A stretch of DNA of 32,000 nt from Wolbachia endosymbiont of Onchocerca ochengi (GTDB lineage: Bacteria; Pseudomonadota; Alphaproteobacteria; Rickettsiales; Anaplasmataceae), in the NCBI RefSeq assembly GCF_000306885.1, contig NC_018267.1:270001-302000 (forward strand). Direction: 5' to 3'. Every line of letters starts with the position of its first letter. Within the stretch, counting starts at the first letter, position 1. This document shows positions 1 to 10,371 of the stretch, in pieces. The notes below the pieces were generated by a model. The model was not told the DNA's origin and ran no database searches. It saw only the letters and a program-made list of their open reading frames with translations. The translations under genes were made by a program, and so were the position numbers.

Positions 1-936
1 ATTTCTAAAGTTAGTAATAAAAAAGAAGTAAGTCTCAGTAGAGGAACCTTCAAAGAGGAACAGCAAACAAAAAAAATGATAAAAAAATCATTGCTTGAAA
101 AGCGATCAATTGAAGAAAGTTTTAATAAAACTATTAAGAGGCAAAGTAGTGAATCACAAATAAAAGTTGATAGTGATATTGATTTGAAGAATAAATCAAG
201 TATATACACTTCTACACAGCTTTCATTAGCTCCTGACACAGCTGTTTCACAAACTGATACTGCAGGATCACCACACAGTGCTGCTACGCAGTTTTCTCTT
301 ACTTCAAGCTTAAGTGAAATCCTTTCATCAAAAAAAGTTAATGGCTCTAACATGCCTGAAGCTGGAATTGGTAATGATACCAAACAAGGAAGCAGTAAAG
401 ATATTTTACTCGAGCAGATAAAAAAAGGAGTTAAGTTAAGGCACACTAAAAACACAAATGTACAGCAAAAGCAGTCTGGTACTACTGATCAAAATCAAGA
501 TATGGTTTTGATTCTTAATATCGCACTTGCACGGAGGAGAATAGCAATCAAATCCTCAGACAGTGAAAGTGAGTGTTCTAGTTTTAACAGTAGTTCAGGT
601 TGGAGTACAGATGAAGAAAGACCGAAAAAAAAGAGGCTAACAAAACACAAGGAAAAGTATACACCTCAAGCTCTCCCATCAGACAATGAAAAAGGAAACA
701 TAACTCCCGAAAGTGGTTATAGGTCCGGTGACGACATCAAGCCTGAACTCGCATCATTATTACACTCTACACTAAAAACAGATAAGCCTTCTGTGTCACC
801 AAAGCCAACCAATTTACAAATGAGATCTAAAATTTCTCTTATAAAGGAAAAGAGTAATACAGATCTAGTGAATAGTGAGGTACAAGATCCATCTACTCTT
901 TCTTTCAAAGAACGTATGAGTCGATTCAGAAATTAG
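1..936 (+). CDS. Hypothetical low-complexity, Ser/Lys/Gln-rich protein, 5'-truncated by the window edge; candidate effector with WH2-like motif
   Basis: The track starts this ORF at ATG 76, but the same frame is open from base 1 (ISKVSNKKEVSLSRGTFKEEQQTKK-MIKK...), so the true start may lie outside the window. It contains DILLEQIKKGVKLRHTK (400-450) and a Ser/Asp/Glu-rich tract. Confidence 0.7.
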   Translation: MSKVSNKKEVSLSRGTFKEEQQTKKMIKKSLLEKRSIEESFNKTIKRQSSESQIKVDSDIDLKNKSSIYTSTQLSLAPDTAVSQTDTAGSPHSAATQFSLTSSLSEILSSKKVNGSNMPEAGIGNDTKQGSSKDILLEQIKKGVKLRHTKNTNVQQKQSGTTDQNQDMVLILNIALARRRIAIKSSDSESECSSFNSSSGWSTDEERPKKKRLTKHKEKYTPQALPSDNEKGNITPESGYRSGDDIKPELASLLHSTLKTDKPSVSPKPTNLQMRSKISLIKEKSNTDLVNSEVQDPSTLSFKERMSRFRN

Positions 937-1036
937 AAGAAAAGAAAAAAGATATAACACACTTTCTTATCTTTAAAATAAGTTTACTTACAAATCTGAT
1001 CGTATTAAGATTATCTAATATAATCAAATCTATTAA

Positions 1037-2314
1037 GTGCGCTTATCTAAATATTACTTACCAACTTTAAAAGAAACTCCTACTGATACTGAGATTACTT
1101 CTCATCAATATTCGATACGCGCAGGTTTAGTAAAGCAAATAGCATCTGGCATTTATTCTTGGTTGCCACTTGGCCTTTTAGTGCTTAAAAATATTGAAGG
1201 TATAATCAGAGATGAAATGAATAAGTCTGGCGCCATTGAAGTATTAATGCCTTGTGTACAGCCGGCAAATCTTTGGCAAGAGTCAGAACGTTACAATAAT
1301 TACGGCAAGGAGATGTTACGTATTAAGGACAGGTATGAGAGCAATATGCTTTTTGGTCCAACTCATGAGGAGGTAGCAACTGATTTGATTAGAGGCATGG
1401 TAAAGAGTTACAAAAATTTGCCACTTTGTTTATATCAAATTCAGTGGAAGTTTCGTGACGAAGTAAGACCACGTTATGGTATTATGAGAGGTAGGGAATT
1501 TTTGATGAAAGATGCATATAGTTTCGATACAGACTATAAAAATGCACTGAATTCATATAATTCAATGTACAAAACTTATATAAAAATTTTCAAGCGCATG
1601 GGATTCACTCCAATTGTAGTTAGGGCAGATACTGGACTAATTGGAGGAAATTTAAGCCACGAGTTTCATATATTGGCAAGCACAGGTGAAAGCACTTTAT
1701 ATTATGACAATAAACTTCCTGAATTACTGAAAAATGAAGATGTTGAAAGTTTAAAGAGCATATACGCAGTTGCAGATAATATACATCATACTAAAACTTG
1801 CCCTATACCACAAGAACAGTTAAGCCTTAGCAAAGGTATCGAAATAGGTCATATTTTTTACTTCGGAAATAAATATTCAAAGCCAATGAACGCAAAAGTT
1901 ACTACACAAAATGGAAAAAATGTTAATATACATATGGGCTCGTACGGCATTGGAGTTTCAAGGCTTGTTGGTGCGATAATAGAAGCTTTCCATGATGATA
2001 AAGGAATTATCTGGCCAGAAGCGATAGCTCCCTTCAGAATTGGCTTAATTAACCTACAAATAAAAACTGGTAAATGTGTAGAGATTGCAAACAAAATATA
2101 CAAAACTTTGAAAAGCGATAAAGTGCTTTACGATGATACAGAAGAAAGCATAGGAGTGAAATTTGCTAGAATGGATCTGATAGGCCTGCCATGGCAGATA
2201 ATTGTTGGAAAGAAGGCAGTAAGTGAAAATTTAGTTGAAATAAAAAATAGAGTAACTGGAGAAGTGAAAGAAATTCAGATTGAAGAAGCAATAAATCGCT
2301 TTACCACAGAATGA
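1037..2314 (+). CDS. proS: Prolyl-tRNA synthetase (short alphaproteobacterial type)
   Basis: 425 aa, GTG start. Class II signature segments: [89 protein letters not shown]. Confidence 0.97.
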   Translation: MRLSKYYLPTLKETPTDTEITSHQYSIRAGLVKQIASGIYSWLPLGLLVLKNIEGIIRDEMNKSGAIEVLMPCVQPANLWQESERYNNYGKEMLRIKDRYESNMLFGPTHEEVATDLIRGMVKSYKNLPLCLYQIQWKFRDEVRPRYGIMRGREFLMKDAYSFDTDYKNALNSYNSMYKTYIKIFKRMGFTPIVVRADTGLIGGNLSHEFHILASTGESTLYYDNKLPELLKNEDVESLKSIYAVADNIHHTKTCPIPQEQLSLSKGIEIGHIFYFGNKYSKPMNAKVTTQNGKNVNIHMGSYGIGVSRLVGAIIEAFHDDKGIIWPEAIAPFRIGLINLQIKTGKCVEIANKIYKTLKSDKVLYDDTEESIGVKFARMDLIGLPWQIIVGKKAVSENLVEIKNRVTGEVKEIQIEEAINRFTTE

Positions 2315-2688
2315 TACGTGGTATTGGTATTGATATAGTATATATATCAAGAATATTGAAGATACTGCAGAAGTATGAGGGAAAATTCCTCAATAAAATC
2401 TACACTAAGCAGGAAATAGAGATAAGCAGAAAGTACAAAAGTCAAAAAATACGTGCAAAATATTTTGCTAAGCGCTTTGCAGCAAAGGAGGCTTTTGTTA
2501 AGGCGTTAGGTAGTGGATTCAGCCAGGGCATTACAATGAAAGATATAGAAATATATAGCGATTCAAGAGGGAAGCCATATCTTACCATTAGCAAGGATTT
2601 TATTTCCAAAGACTGCATATTGCATCTTTCTCTAAGTGATGATGGAGATTACGCTATTGCGTTTGTTATAATCTGCAATGATAGGTAA
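2311..2688 (+). CDS. acpS: Holo-[acyl-carrier-protein] synthase
   Basis: 125 aa; [41 protein letters not shown] motifs. Overlaps the proS stop by ATGA. Confidence 0.95.
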   Translation: MIRGIGIDIVYISRILKILQKYEGKFLNKIYTKQEIEISRKYKSQKIRAKYFAKRFAAKEAFVKALGSGFSQGITMKDIEIYSDSRGKPYLTISKDFISKDCILHLSLSDDGDYAIAFVIICNDR

Positions 2689-2745
2689 AGTTTGCCTTTT
2701 ACTATCGATTTACTATACTTATTCGGTAAGGTTTATCTTATTTGA

Positions 2746-4026
2746 ATGCATAAAATATTAGTAAAGAGTAATTGTAAGCCCTTGGTTGGAGAAATTAAGA
2801 TTAACGGTTCAAAGAATGCTATTTTACCGATAATGGCGGCAAGCCTATTAAGCAGTTCTTCAGTAACTTTACATAACGTACCTAATCTAATTGACGTACA
2901 TCTGATGTCTGAACTGCTCGAAAAGCTTGGAGCGAAGGTAAACTTTATGTACAATAAAGGCTATAAAGCAAACCATATTTTTGAAATTGATTGTAGCAAT
3001 ATCAATAATTACATAGTATCACATGAAACTGCAAGTAAGCTACGAGCATCTTTTCTAATGCTGGGTCCAATTCTCAGTAGATTTGGTAAAATTACAACGG
3101 TCTTCCCTGGTGGATGTAATATTGGAAAACGTCCCGTTGATATGCACATCAAAGCATTAGAAGCAATGGGAGCTGAAATTGAAATTGATGGTTGTAATAT
3201 AATTGTAGCAGTGAAAGGAAAACTAAAAGGGAAAGAGATTACATTCGAGAAGACAAGCGTTGGCGCAACAGAAAATATAATAATGGCGGCAACCCTTGCA
3301 GAAGGGGTGACAACAATAAACAATGCTGCAACAGAGCCAGAAATTGTGGATTTAATAGAATTTCTAAAGAAAATGGGAGCTAATATTAAAATCAACAATA
3401 AAAAAATTACAATAACAGGAGTTGAGGTATTAAATGGATGTGTCCATAAAATAATATTAGATCGTATAGAAGCTGGTACATATGCACTAGCTGCTATAAT
3501 AACTGGTGGTGAGTTGACGTTAGAAGGAATAAATCTATCTGATATAAGATGCATTGCAAATGAGTTGGAAACCATAGGAGCTAAGATCGAATTACTTGAT
3601 CAAGGTATTACTGTTTCTAGAAAAAGCTGTTTTATTAAATCTATCAACGTCGCAACAGATTCGTACCCTAATTTTCCCAGTGACATGCAACCACAACTTA
3701 TGTCCACAATGTGCATTGCTGATGGAACATCTGTCATTGAAGAAAACATTTTTGAGAACAGGTTCACACATACAAGTGAGTTGAGAAAATTAGGTGCTAA
3801 CATAAACATAAAGAAAAACAAAGCTACTATAAACGGAATAAAAAGCTTATACGGAGCTAATAATCTATATGCTACTGACCTGAGGTCAACAGCGGCTCTG
3901 ATACTCGCTTCTTTGGTAGCTAGAGGAGAAACTACGATAAGTAATTCAGATCACTTATGGAGGGGATATGAAGTAATGCATGAAAAACTCAATTCATGCG
4001 GAGCTGATATTTCCATTTTATCTTAA
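2746..4026 (+). CDS. murA: UDP-N-acetylglucosamine 1-carboxyvinyltransferase
   Basis: 426 aa; KINGSKNAILPIMAASLL, FPGGCNIGKRPVDMH (active-site Cys loop retained), EIVDLIEFLKKMGANI. Confidence 0.97.
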   Translation: MHKILVKSNCKPLVGEIKINGSKNAILPIMAASLLSSSSVTLHNVPNLIDVHLMSELLEKLGAKVNFMYNKGYKANHIFEIDCSNINNYIVSHETASKLRASFLMLGPILSRFGKITTVFPGGCNIGKRPVDMHIKALEAMGAEIEIDGCNIIVAVKGKLKGKEITFEKTSVGATENIIMAATLAEGVTTINNAATEPEIVDLIEFLKKMGANIKINNKKITITGVEVLNGCVHKIILDRIEAGTYALAAIITGGELTLEGINLSDIRCIANELETIGAKIELLDQGITVSRKSCFIKSINVATDSYPNFPSDMQPQLMSTMCIADGTSVIEENIFENRFTHTSELRKLGANINIKKNKATINGIKSLYGANNLYATDLRSTAALILASLVARGETTISNSDHLWRGYEVMHEKLNSCGADISILS

Positions 4027-4035
4027 AAACATGTT

Positions 4036-4899
4036 ATGAATGAGAAACGTTATTTAACTAAGCGAACTACAGTGAAAGAAATGGACGAAATTCTATACAA
4101 AAAATACAAAGTATTAGATCATGGATTTATTCGGGTAATAGATTATATGGGCTCTGATAGTGCTATACTACAAGCTGCTCGTATCTCTTATGGAAAAGGA
4201 ACAAAACAGATAAATCAAGATGAAGCACTTATAAAATATTTGATGAGACATTACCATACAACTCCATTTGAAATGTGTGAAATTAAGTTTCACGTGAAAC
4301 TCCCGATTTTTGTTGCAAGACAATGGATAAGACATAGGACTGCAAATGTGAATGAATATTCTGCAAGATACTCAATACTCGATCATGAGTTTTATATACC
4401 AAAAGCAGAACAGATCGCAAAACAATCTGATAATAACAAACAAGGCAGAGGCAAAGCTTTTGACTTAAACACTTCAAAAAAAATAATAGATTCTTTAATA
4501 AATGACTCTAATCTAGCATATTCTCATTATGAGAAGTTTATTGAACAAGGGCTTGCAAGGGAAATTGCTCGAACTAATTTAACGCTTAATTACTACACAC
4601 AATTTTATTGGAAAGTAGATCTACATAACCTCTTTCACTTTTTGAAGCTCAGAATTGACAAACATGCTCAATACGAAATCAGGGTCTATGCAGAAATTAT
4701 GTTAGATATAATAAAGGAGTGGGTACCGATAGCTCACAGTGCTTTCATTGAATATTGCTTAGAGTCAGCTTACATTCCAAGATCTGGCCTAGAAGTAATT
4801 CGCAAGCTGATTAAAGGAGAAAATGTTACTAGAGAAGAAAGTGGAATCAGCAAAAGAGAATGGAACGAGCTAATGTCCATGCTTTATAAGCAATCTTGA
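4036..4899 (+). CDS. thyX: FAD-dependent thymidylate synthase
   Basis: 287 aa; ThyX motif [69 protein letters not shown]. Confidence 0.97.
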   Translation: MNEKRYLTKRTTVKEMDEILYKKYKVLDHGFIRVIDYMGSDSAILQAARISYGKGTKQINQDEALIKYLMRHYHTTPFEMCEIKFHVKLPIFVARQWIRHRTANVNEYSARYSILDHEFYIPKAEQIAKQSDNNKQGRGKAFDLNTSKKIIDSLINDSNLAYSHYEKFIEQGLAREIARTNLTLNYYTQFYWKVDLHNLFHFLKLRIDKHAQYEIRVYAEIMLDIIKEWVPIAHSAFIEYCLESAYIPRSGLEVIRKLIKGENVTREESGISKREWNELMSMLYKQS

Positions 4900-4989
4900 A
4901 GATTATGCATCAGCTTTTTTACCATTAATTCTCGTTTGTTTTTATATTATATTAATCATCGCTTTTATAGAACACCTCATTAAAATTAC

Positions 4990-5304
4990 TTATATTCCCA
5001 AATCCTGGCCTTTAATAAACAAATGATTATTTGCAACATAAGCCTCAGAAAGAGTAACCAGCTTTTTATCAAGCTCAGAACCCTGTACATAAACTTTATT
5101 ATATAGAGCAGTCATTTTATCGCAATCACATTTTTCAGTAATATACTGACTACTTAAGTTTTGATAAAAATTATCCATACCTTGATTTTGAGCTTACAGT
5201 ATTGCTTGACACTTTCCCATCTCAATAGGACTTCCTACTCCGATTTTTAAATCGTGGGTTAAATTTTTTTCTATATTATCATCTTTCATATCTCTGATAA
5301 TACT
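4990..5304 (-). pseudogene. Fragment of decayed hypothetical gene, probably the 3' continuation of the degenerate frame at 5306-6319
   Basis: Minus ORF 4990-5178 (MDNFYQNLSSQYITEKCDCDK...) extends upstream in frame through one TAA as ...KDDNIEKNLTHDLKIGVGSPIEMGKCQAIL*AQNQG. Confidence 0.45.
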
Positions 5305-5305
5305 A

Positions 5306-6319
5306 TTATAGCAGCTTCTTTCTGTTCGTTTTTATCTTCTTCAACTTCTCTTTTCTCCCAAGCTTAACTTTGCTTTCTATTGAAACTTCTTCGTTCATAA
5401 AACTATCACTAAGTACAACTTCTACATTCACCTGATTGTTACCTTCTTTAAATCCGTCAGATAATCTTTCAGATAATCGATTATCACTAAAAGATGGTCC
5501 ACCGTTTAAATGCTTAGCATAGTTATCATAATTCAATTCATATATTGAATAAAACCCGCTTTCAAGTTCAGGATAAGAGCTTTTATTGAAAATAAAAAAT
5601 AAATTTCTGTAGTCAAGCAATATGTCATAACTAGAGCTGATACAATGTAAATATTTGTTATCTTCATACTTCTGTTATATAATACTTACTTGCATCGAGG
5701 ACTATCTAATACTTCCTTTGTCAAGCTGTAAAACTGCTGTGGAGCAGGCGTTGCTCATATTATGGCCTTTTCTACTTTAAACAAAATAACTTTACCTTTT
5801 TTTATAAGCCTTTAACTTCTTACTCTTTCGATCTAACCCTTCTTCTGCTTATCTTTCCTCTCTTACCAATTTTAGTTCTTCTTCAGCAATTTTCTTTTGC
5901 ATCTGTAAAAATATATCTTGTGTGGTTAATCAACTCTTGTTACCTAGAAAAGTATCTAACACATTCAATGCAATCGGTAACAATTCACTTCCGTCATCAA
6001 AACTTCTTTCTTGTACCTTATTATAGAGGTTAGGGTTATAAATTGCATACCATAGGTAAAATCCATAGTCTACTATCTTTCCTTCATCCAATGATATCTC
6101 CATTGAGAACTTGTAATAATTGAGTGGAAGATTAAATATTAAATATCTACCATCATCATTGTTAATATACAGTTAACTTCTGCCATTAAATTCACTATAT
6201 TTATTATAATAGATATAGAATTTTCACGATTAAGATTCAGGCTTATCTAAGCTATCAAATTGAACTATACTGTTAAGTCTCTCACGCAAAAGATTTTTGC
6301 TTTCGTTCGCAAGCTTCAT
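5306..6319 (-). pseudogene. Decayed hypothetical gene; one continuous frame with multiple in-frame stops
   Basis: From ATG (complement 6317-6319) the same frame runs to the end of ORF 5306-5620. It reads MKLANESKNLLRERLNSIVQFDSLDKPES*S*KFYIYYNKYSEFNGRS*...SMEISLDEGKIVDYGFYLWYAIYNPNLYNKVQERSFDDGSELLPIALNVLDTFLGNKS*LTTQDIFLQMQKKIAEEELKLVREER*AEEGLDRKS..., with about 9 stops, far fewer than expected for random AT-rich DNA. Confidence 0.6.
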
Positions 6320-6689
6320 ACTTCAAAAAGTAATATTATAGGCTTGCCTTTTTTTATCTCAAAGTTCAAAATAATTGTATCTTTAATCATTAGTGTTTTC
6401 TATAAATTGAATAAGTCTATTAATTATATAACGTGTACATGAAAAATATGTTAAAGTTAAGTTTCTTTATACCTAAGTATAGGTAATTACAATTTATCAT
6501 TTCAGCACACACCGTATAATTTCATAAACATTTACTTTTATTAAGATAACTCGCATAAGCAAAAGGTATCATTCAGTGCCTAGGAATTTTTGTACCTTCT
6601 AGCTTAAGTAGATACTATAATATATAGTAATAATAAAACTAAGTAAAATGCATTTATACAATATTATAGTTATCCAAAATCAACACTAA

Positions 6690-6762
6690 TGGGCAATGAC
6701 AGGCTTGAACTGCCGACCTTCTCGGTGTAAACGAGATGCTCTACCGGCTGAGCTAATTGCCC
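6690..6762 (-). tRNA. tRNA-Val (anticodon TAC)
   Basis: Reverse strand GGGCAATTAGCTCAGCCGGTAGAGCATCTCGTTTACACCGAGAAGGTCGGCAGTTCAAGCCTGTCATTGCCCA folds as a cloverleaf: 7-bp acceptor GGGCAAT/ATTGCCC, anticodon stem TCTCG/CGAGA, T-loop TTCAAGC. Confidence 0.96.
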
Positions 6763-6907
6763 CTTCAATAACATTAAAATACTATTCTATAACTCAATAT
6801 TATTGTTGTAAACAAAAAGTAGAATCAAACGCAGCCTGGTTCCTAGTTGACCATTTACTTAACTAAATGTTAATATTGAAATTGCTTTGATCAAAAAAAT
6901 GTAAAAA

Positions 6908-9613
6908 ATGCAAAATAATATAGTACCAGTCTCAATAGTAAAAGAGTTAGAAGATTCTTATCTCTCCTATGCAATGAGCGTAATTATAAGCCGGGCTATA
7001 CCTGACGTGCGAGATGGGTTTAAACCAGTCCATAGACGCATATTGTATGCGATGTCAAGAGCCGGATATGACGCTGGTAAGCCATATAAAAAGGCCGCTC
7101 GTATAGTTGGGGATGTAATGGGAAAATATCACCCACATGGTGATATGGCTATTTATGACTCCTTAGTTAGAATGGCCCAAGATTTCTCTCTACTTTTACC
7201 ACTTATTGATGGACAAGGTAACTTCGGTTCAATAGATGGAGATCCACCAGCTTCGATGCGATATACAGAAGCAAGGCTTCATAGAATGTCACACTTTCTA
7301 TTGAATGATATTGATGAAGATACGGTTGACTTTAGGCCAAATTATGATGGAAATGAAACAGAGCCTGTAGTATTACCTGCAGAGTTTCCAAATCTATTAG
7401 TAAACGGTGCAAGTGGCGTTGCAGTTGGCATGGCAACTAATATTCCTTCCCATAATCTTGGCGAGATAATCGATGCCTGTATATTATATATAGATAACCC
7501 TAAAGTTACTCTAGACGAGCTACTTGAAGTGATACCTGGTCCGGATTTTCCAACTGGAGGAACGATCCTTGGCAAGTCTGGAATAAGGTCAGCGTTTGCC
7601 ACAGGTCGAGGTTCAATTATCGTACAAGGCAAAACCCATATAGAGGATCTACCACAGGATAAACAAGCAATAGTTATTGATGAAATACCTTATCAAGTAA
7701 ATAAAGTAAAACTAATTGAGAAAATAGGTGAGCTCGTAAAAGAAAAGAAAATTGATGGTATAACAGGAATTAGAGACGAGTCTGATAAGACTGGCATTAG
7801 GGTAGTGATTGATCTTAGAAAAAACACTGCAGCAGACTTCGTACTCAATCAAATGCTGGGACTTACTCCCTTAAGAAGTAGTTTTAGTGTTAACACTTTA
7901 GTTCTCAATAATAACAGACCTGCTTTAATGTCATTAAAAGAAATCATAGCAGCTTTTGTTGATTTTAGAAAAGAAGCATTAACAAGAAGAACAGAATTCC
8001 GTCTAAGAAAAATTAGAGAAAAAGCTCATATATATATAGGGCTCTACATTGCGGTCTTGAATATAGATGAAGTAATAAAAATTATTCGTGGTGCAAAAGA
8101 TCCTGAAAAAGCAAGTGAAGAGCTTTTGAATCAAGAATGGAAAACTTCAGCTGAAATAAACACAATTATTGAACTAATTTCAGATAGCATGAGTTTTTTA
8201 AAAGATGGAGTGTATTATAGATTAACCGAGCTACAGGTAAAAGCTATTCTTGACATGAAATTGCAGCGTTTAACTGGCCTTGAAAAAAGTAAATTAGAAT
8301 CTGAGCTAAATTTAACGGTCAACTTGATAAAAGAATATATCGCTTTTCTCGGTTCAGAAAAAAAATTAATGAAAGAAATAAAAAATAATTTACAAGAAAT
8401 AAAGAACAGATTTGCCGTATCACGAAAAACTACAATAGAAGAATCAGATACAGATATTGAAGCCGAAGATCTCATTCCAAAAGAGGATATGGTAGTAACC
8501 GTAACTATGAATGGCTATATTAAGCGCGTGAAACTCTCTCACTACAGAACTCAGCGTCGTGGTGGAAAAGGGAAATTAGGACAAGGATTAAAAGAAGAAG
8601 ATGTAATCACAAAACTATTTGTTGGAAATACTCACACTAGTCTTCTATTCTTTTCCAACATTGGTCGAGTCTATAGACTAAAAGTTTATAAGTTACCACT
8701 CGCAGAACCAACTGCACGTGGAAGAGCGCTTGTTAATATATTTCCTCTTACTGATGGTGAAACAATCACCAATATAATGCCGTTGCCAAGTGAGAGTGAC
8801 GAAAATCAGAATATAGTCTTTGCTACTGCTCATGGAAACATAAGACGCAACTCTTTAGCGGACTTTGATTATATTCCAAATAATGGGAAAATAGCAATAA
8901 AACTCAATGAAGGAGATAAACTAATATCGGTTAAAGTATGTAATGAAATTGATCATGTCTTACTTTCAACAACGCTTGGAAAAGGTATCAGATTTGTCGT
9001 AAGCGATGTGCGCCAATTTAAAAGCCGCAATTCAGACGGCGTAAGAGGTATAAAACTTGCAAAACATGACAGCGTGATATCCATGACTATACTAAATGGC
9101 ATAGGCGTCGCAACAGAAACAAAAGAGCTTTACTTAAAAATCCCACTCGCAAAAAGGCTGGAATCTGCAGTTAGTAACTCTATCAATCCTAAATTAGAAA
9201 AGACCTTGAATGATTTAGGAATAGATAATGAATTATTCTTAAAGCTCGCAATTAATGAAGAGTTTATACTAACTATAACTGAAAATGGCTTTGGTAAAAG
9301 AACTTCTGCATATGAGTATAGGGTAACCAATAGAGGCGGTGTTGGTATTACCAATATTCTTACTACTAGTAGAAACGGTAATGTTATCGCCAGCTTTCCA
9401 GTTGAACATGGTGATAATGTAATGCTCATTACAGACAAAGGAAAGTTAATTCGCATTTTGGTTAATGAAATCAGAATTACAGGACGTAGCACTCAAGGTG
9501 TCACTCTATTTAAAACAAAAAGTAAAGAGAAGGTGGTGTCAGCAGCAAAGATTGAAGATCATGGTTCCACTGAAGACAGCATTTCTGAAGTTGAAGGCTC
9601 TATTTCTTTTTGA
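6908..9613 (+). CDS. gyrA: DNA gyrase subunit A
   Basis: 901 aa; [48 protein letters not shown], catalytic Tyr in [13 protein letters not shown]-terminal beta-pinwheel with [11 protein letters not shown] (GyrA-box-like). Confidence 0.98.
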   Translation: MQNNIVPVSIVKELEDSYLSYAMSVIISRAIPDVRDGFKPVHRRILYAMSRAGYDAGKPYKKAARIVGDVMGKYHPHGDMAIYDSLVRMAQDFSLLLPLIDGQGNFGSIDGDPPASMRYTEARLHRMSHFLLNDIDEDTVDFRPNYDGNETEPVVLPAEFPNLLVNGASGVAVGMATNIPSHNLGEIIDACILYIDNPKVTLDELLEVIPGPDFPTGGTILGKSGIRSAFATGRGSIIVQGKTHIEDLPQDKQAIVIDEIPYQVNKVKLIEKIGELVKEKKIDGITGIRDESDKTGIRVVIDLRKNTAADFVLNQMLGLTPLRSSFSVNTLVLNNNRPALMSLKEIIAAFVDFRKEALTRRTEFRLRKIREKAHIYIGLYIAVLNIDEVIKIIRGAKDPEKASEELLNQEWKTSAEINTIIELISDSMSFLKDGVYYRLTELQVKAILDMKLQRLTGLEKSKLESELNLTVNLIKEYIAFLGSEKKLMKEIKNNLQEIKNRFAVSRKTTIEESDTDIEAEDLIPKEDMVVTVTMNGYIKRVKLSHYRTQRRGGKGKLGQGLKEEDVITKLFVGNTHTSLLFFSNIGRVYRLKVYKLPLAEPTARGRALVNIFPLTDGETITNIMPLPSESDENQNIVFATAHGNIRRNSLADFDYIPNNGKIAIKLNEGDKLISVKVCNEIDHVLLSTTLGKGIRFVVSDVRQFKSRNSDGVRGIKLAKHDSVISMTILNGIGVATETKELYLKIPLAKRLESAVSNSINPKLEKTLNDLGIDNELFLKLAINEEFILTITENGFGKRTSAYEYRVTNRGGVGITNILTTSRNGNVIASFPVEHGDNVMLITDKGKLIRILVNEIRITGRSTQGVTLFKTKSKEKVVSAAKIEDHGSTEDSISEVEGSISF

Positions 9614-9721
9614 TTTTGTAGTAATGCGGCAGGTGTAGCTAAAAGCAAAAAATGCAAGTTTTTGTTGATTAATCTACAGCATTTAGATTAAAATATAGAC
9701 TATACAGCAAAATAGAGATTA

Positions 9722-10321
9722 ATGAACAAGAAATTAACTAAAAGTAAAAAACCACCGGTAAGCAAGGAAAATAAAAAAATATTTCCTGTTAAAGACTCTA
9801 CTAAAGATAAAAGTAGAAGAGATTTCATAATATTAACTACATGCGCTATGGCAGGCATAGGAGCTGCAAGTAGTTTTTGGCCATTGATTAAGTCTATGAA
9901 CCCTTCCTCTGAAGTCTTAGCAATGTCCACAGTTGAGGTTAATTTATCTAATATTCAAGAAGGACAAGAAAAGAAAGTAAAATGGCAAGGTAAACCAGTA
10001 CTTATTCGCAGACGTACAAAGCAAGAAATTGACGCTGCAAGAGCTGCCAATGTAGAAAGTCTAAGAGACCCTGAGCCAGATGAGCAAAGAGTATACAAGG
10101 GAAAAAATGAATGGTTAATTATGATAGGAATATGTACCCATCTTGGATGTGTACCAGTTAATCATGTTACAAAAGATGGTAATGGTTGGTTCTGTCCTTG
10201 TCACGGTTCATATTATGATACATCAGGCAGAGTAATTAGAGGCCCTGCACCGAAAAATATGGCTATACCTAATTACTTTTTTCTAAGTGAAAATGTTGTG
10301 GTAATTGGCAAAAAAGCTTAA
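9722..10321 (+). CDS. petA: Ubiquinol-cytochrome c reductase iron-sulfur (Rieske) subunit
   Basis: 199 aa; twin-arginine-like KSRRDFIILTT plus hydrophobic segment, Rieske ligands CTHLGCVP and CPCHGSYYD. Confidence 0.96.
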   Translation: MNKKLTKSKKPPVSKENKKIFPVKDSTKDKSRRDFIILTTCAMAGIGAASSFWPLIKSMNPSSEVLAMSTVEVNLSNIQEGQEKKVKWQGKPVLIRRRTKQEIDAARAANVESLRDPEPDEQRVYKGKNEWLIMIGICTHLGCVPVNHVTKDGNGWFCPCHGSYYDTSGRVIRGPAPKNMAIPNYFFLSENVVVIGKKA

Positions 10322-10371
10322 TTGATACGTTAATAACCAAACTATACTCTATTTCGAATAATCTCCATACT

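Noticed and set aside
717-908. Minus-strand ORF inside the left-edge ORF
   Set aside because: Antisense shadow of a longer plus ORF; no recognisable motif.
3009-3575. 188-codon minus ORF antisense to murA
   Set aside because: Fully inside well-supported murA; composition is typical of a reverse-complement shadow.
6260-6442. 60-codon plus ORF MNYTVKSLTQKIFAFVRKLHTSK...
   Set aside because: Lies antisense across the start of the decayed minus-strand frame and has no recognisable domain.
6561-6575. 15-nt identity aaaaggtatcattca shared with 16645-16659, with a partial copy aaggtatcat at 16671-16680
   Set aside because: Too short in AT-rich DNA to call a repeat family; no flanking similarity or inverted ends seen.
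9130-9492. Minus ORF antisense to gyrA (as also 7342-7632 and 8215-8475)
   Set aside because: Overlaps conserved gyrA coding sequence; no independent support.
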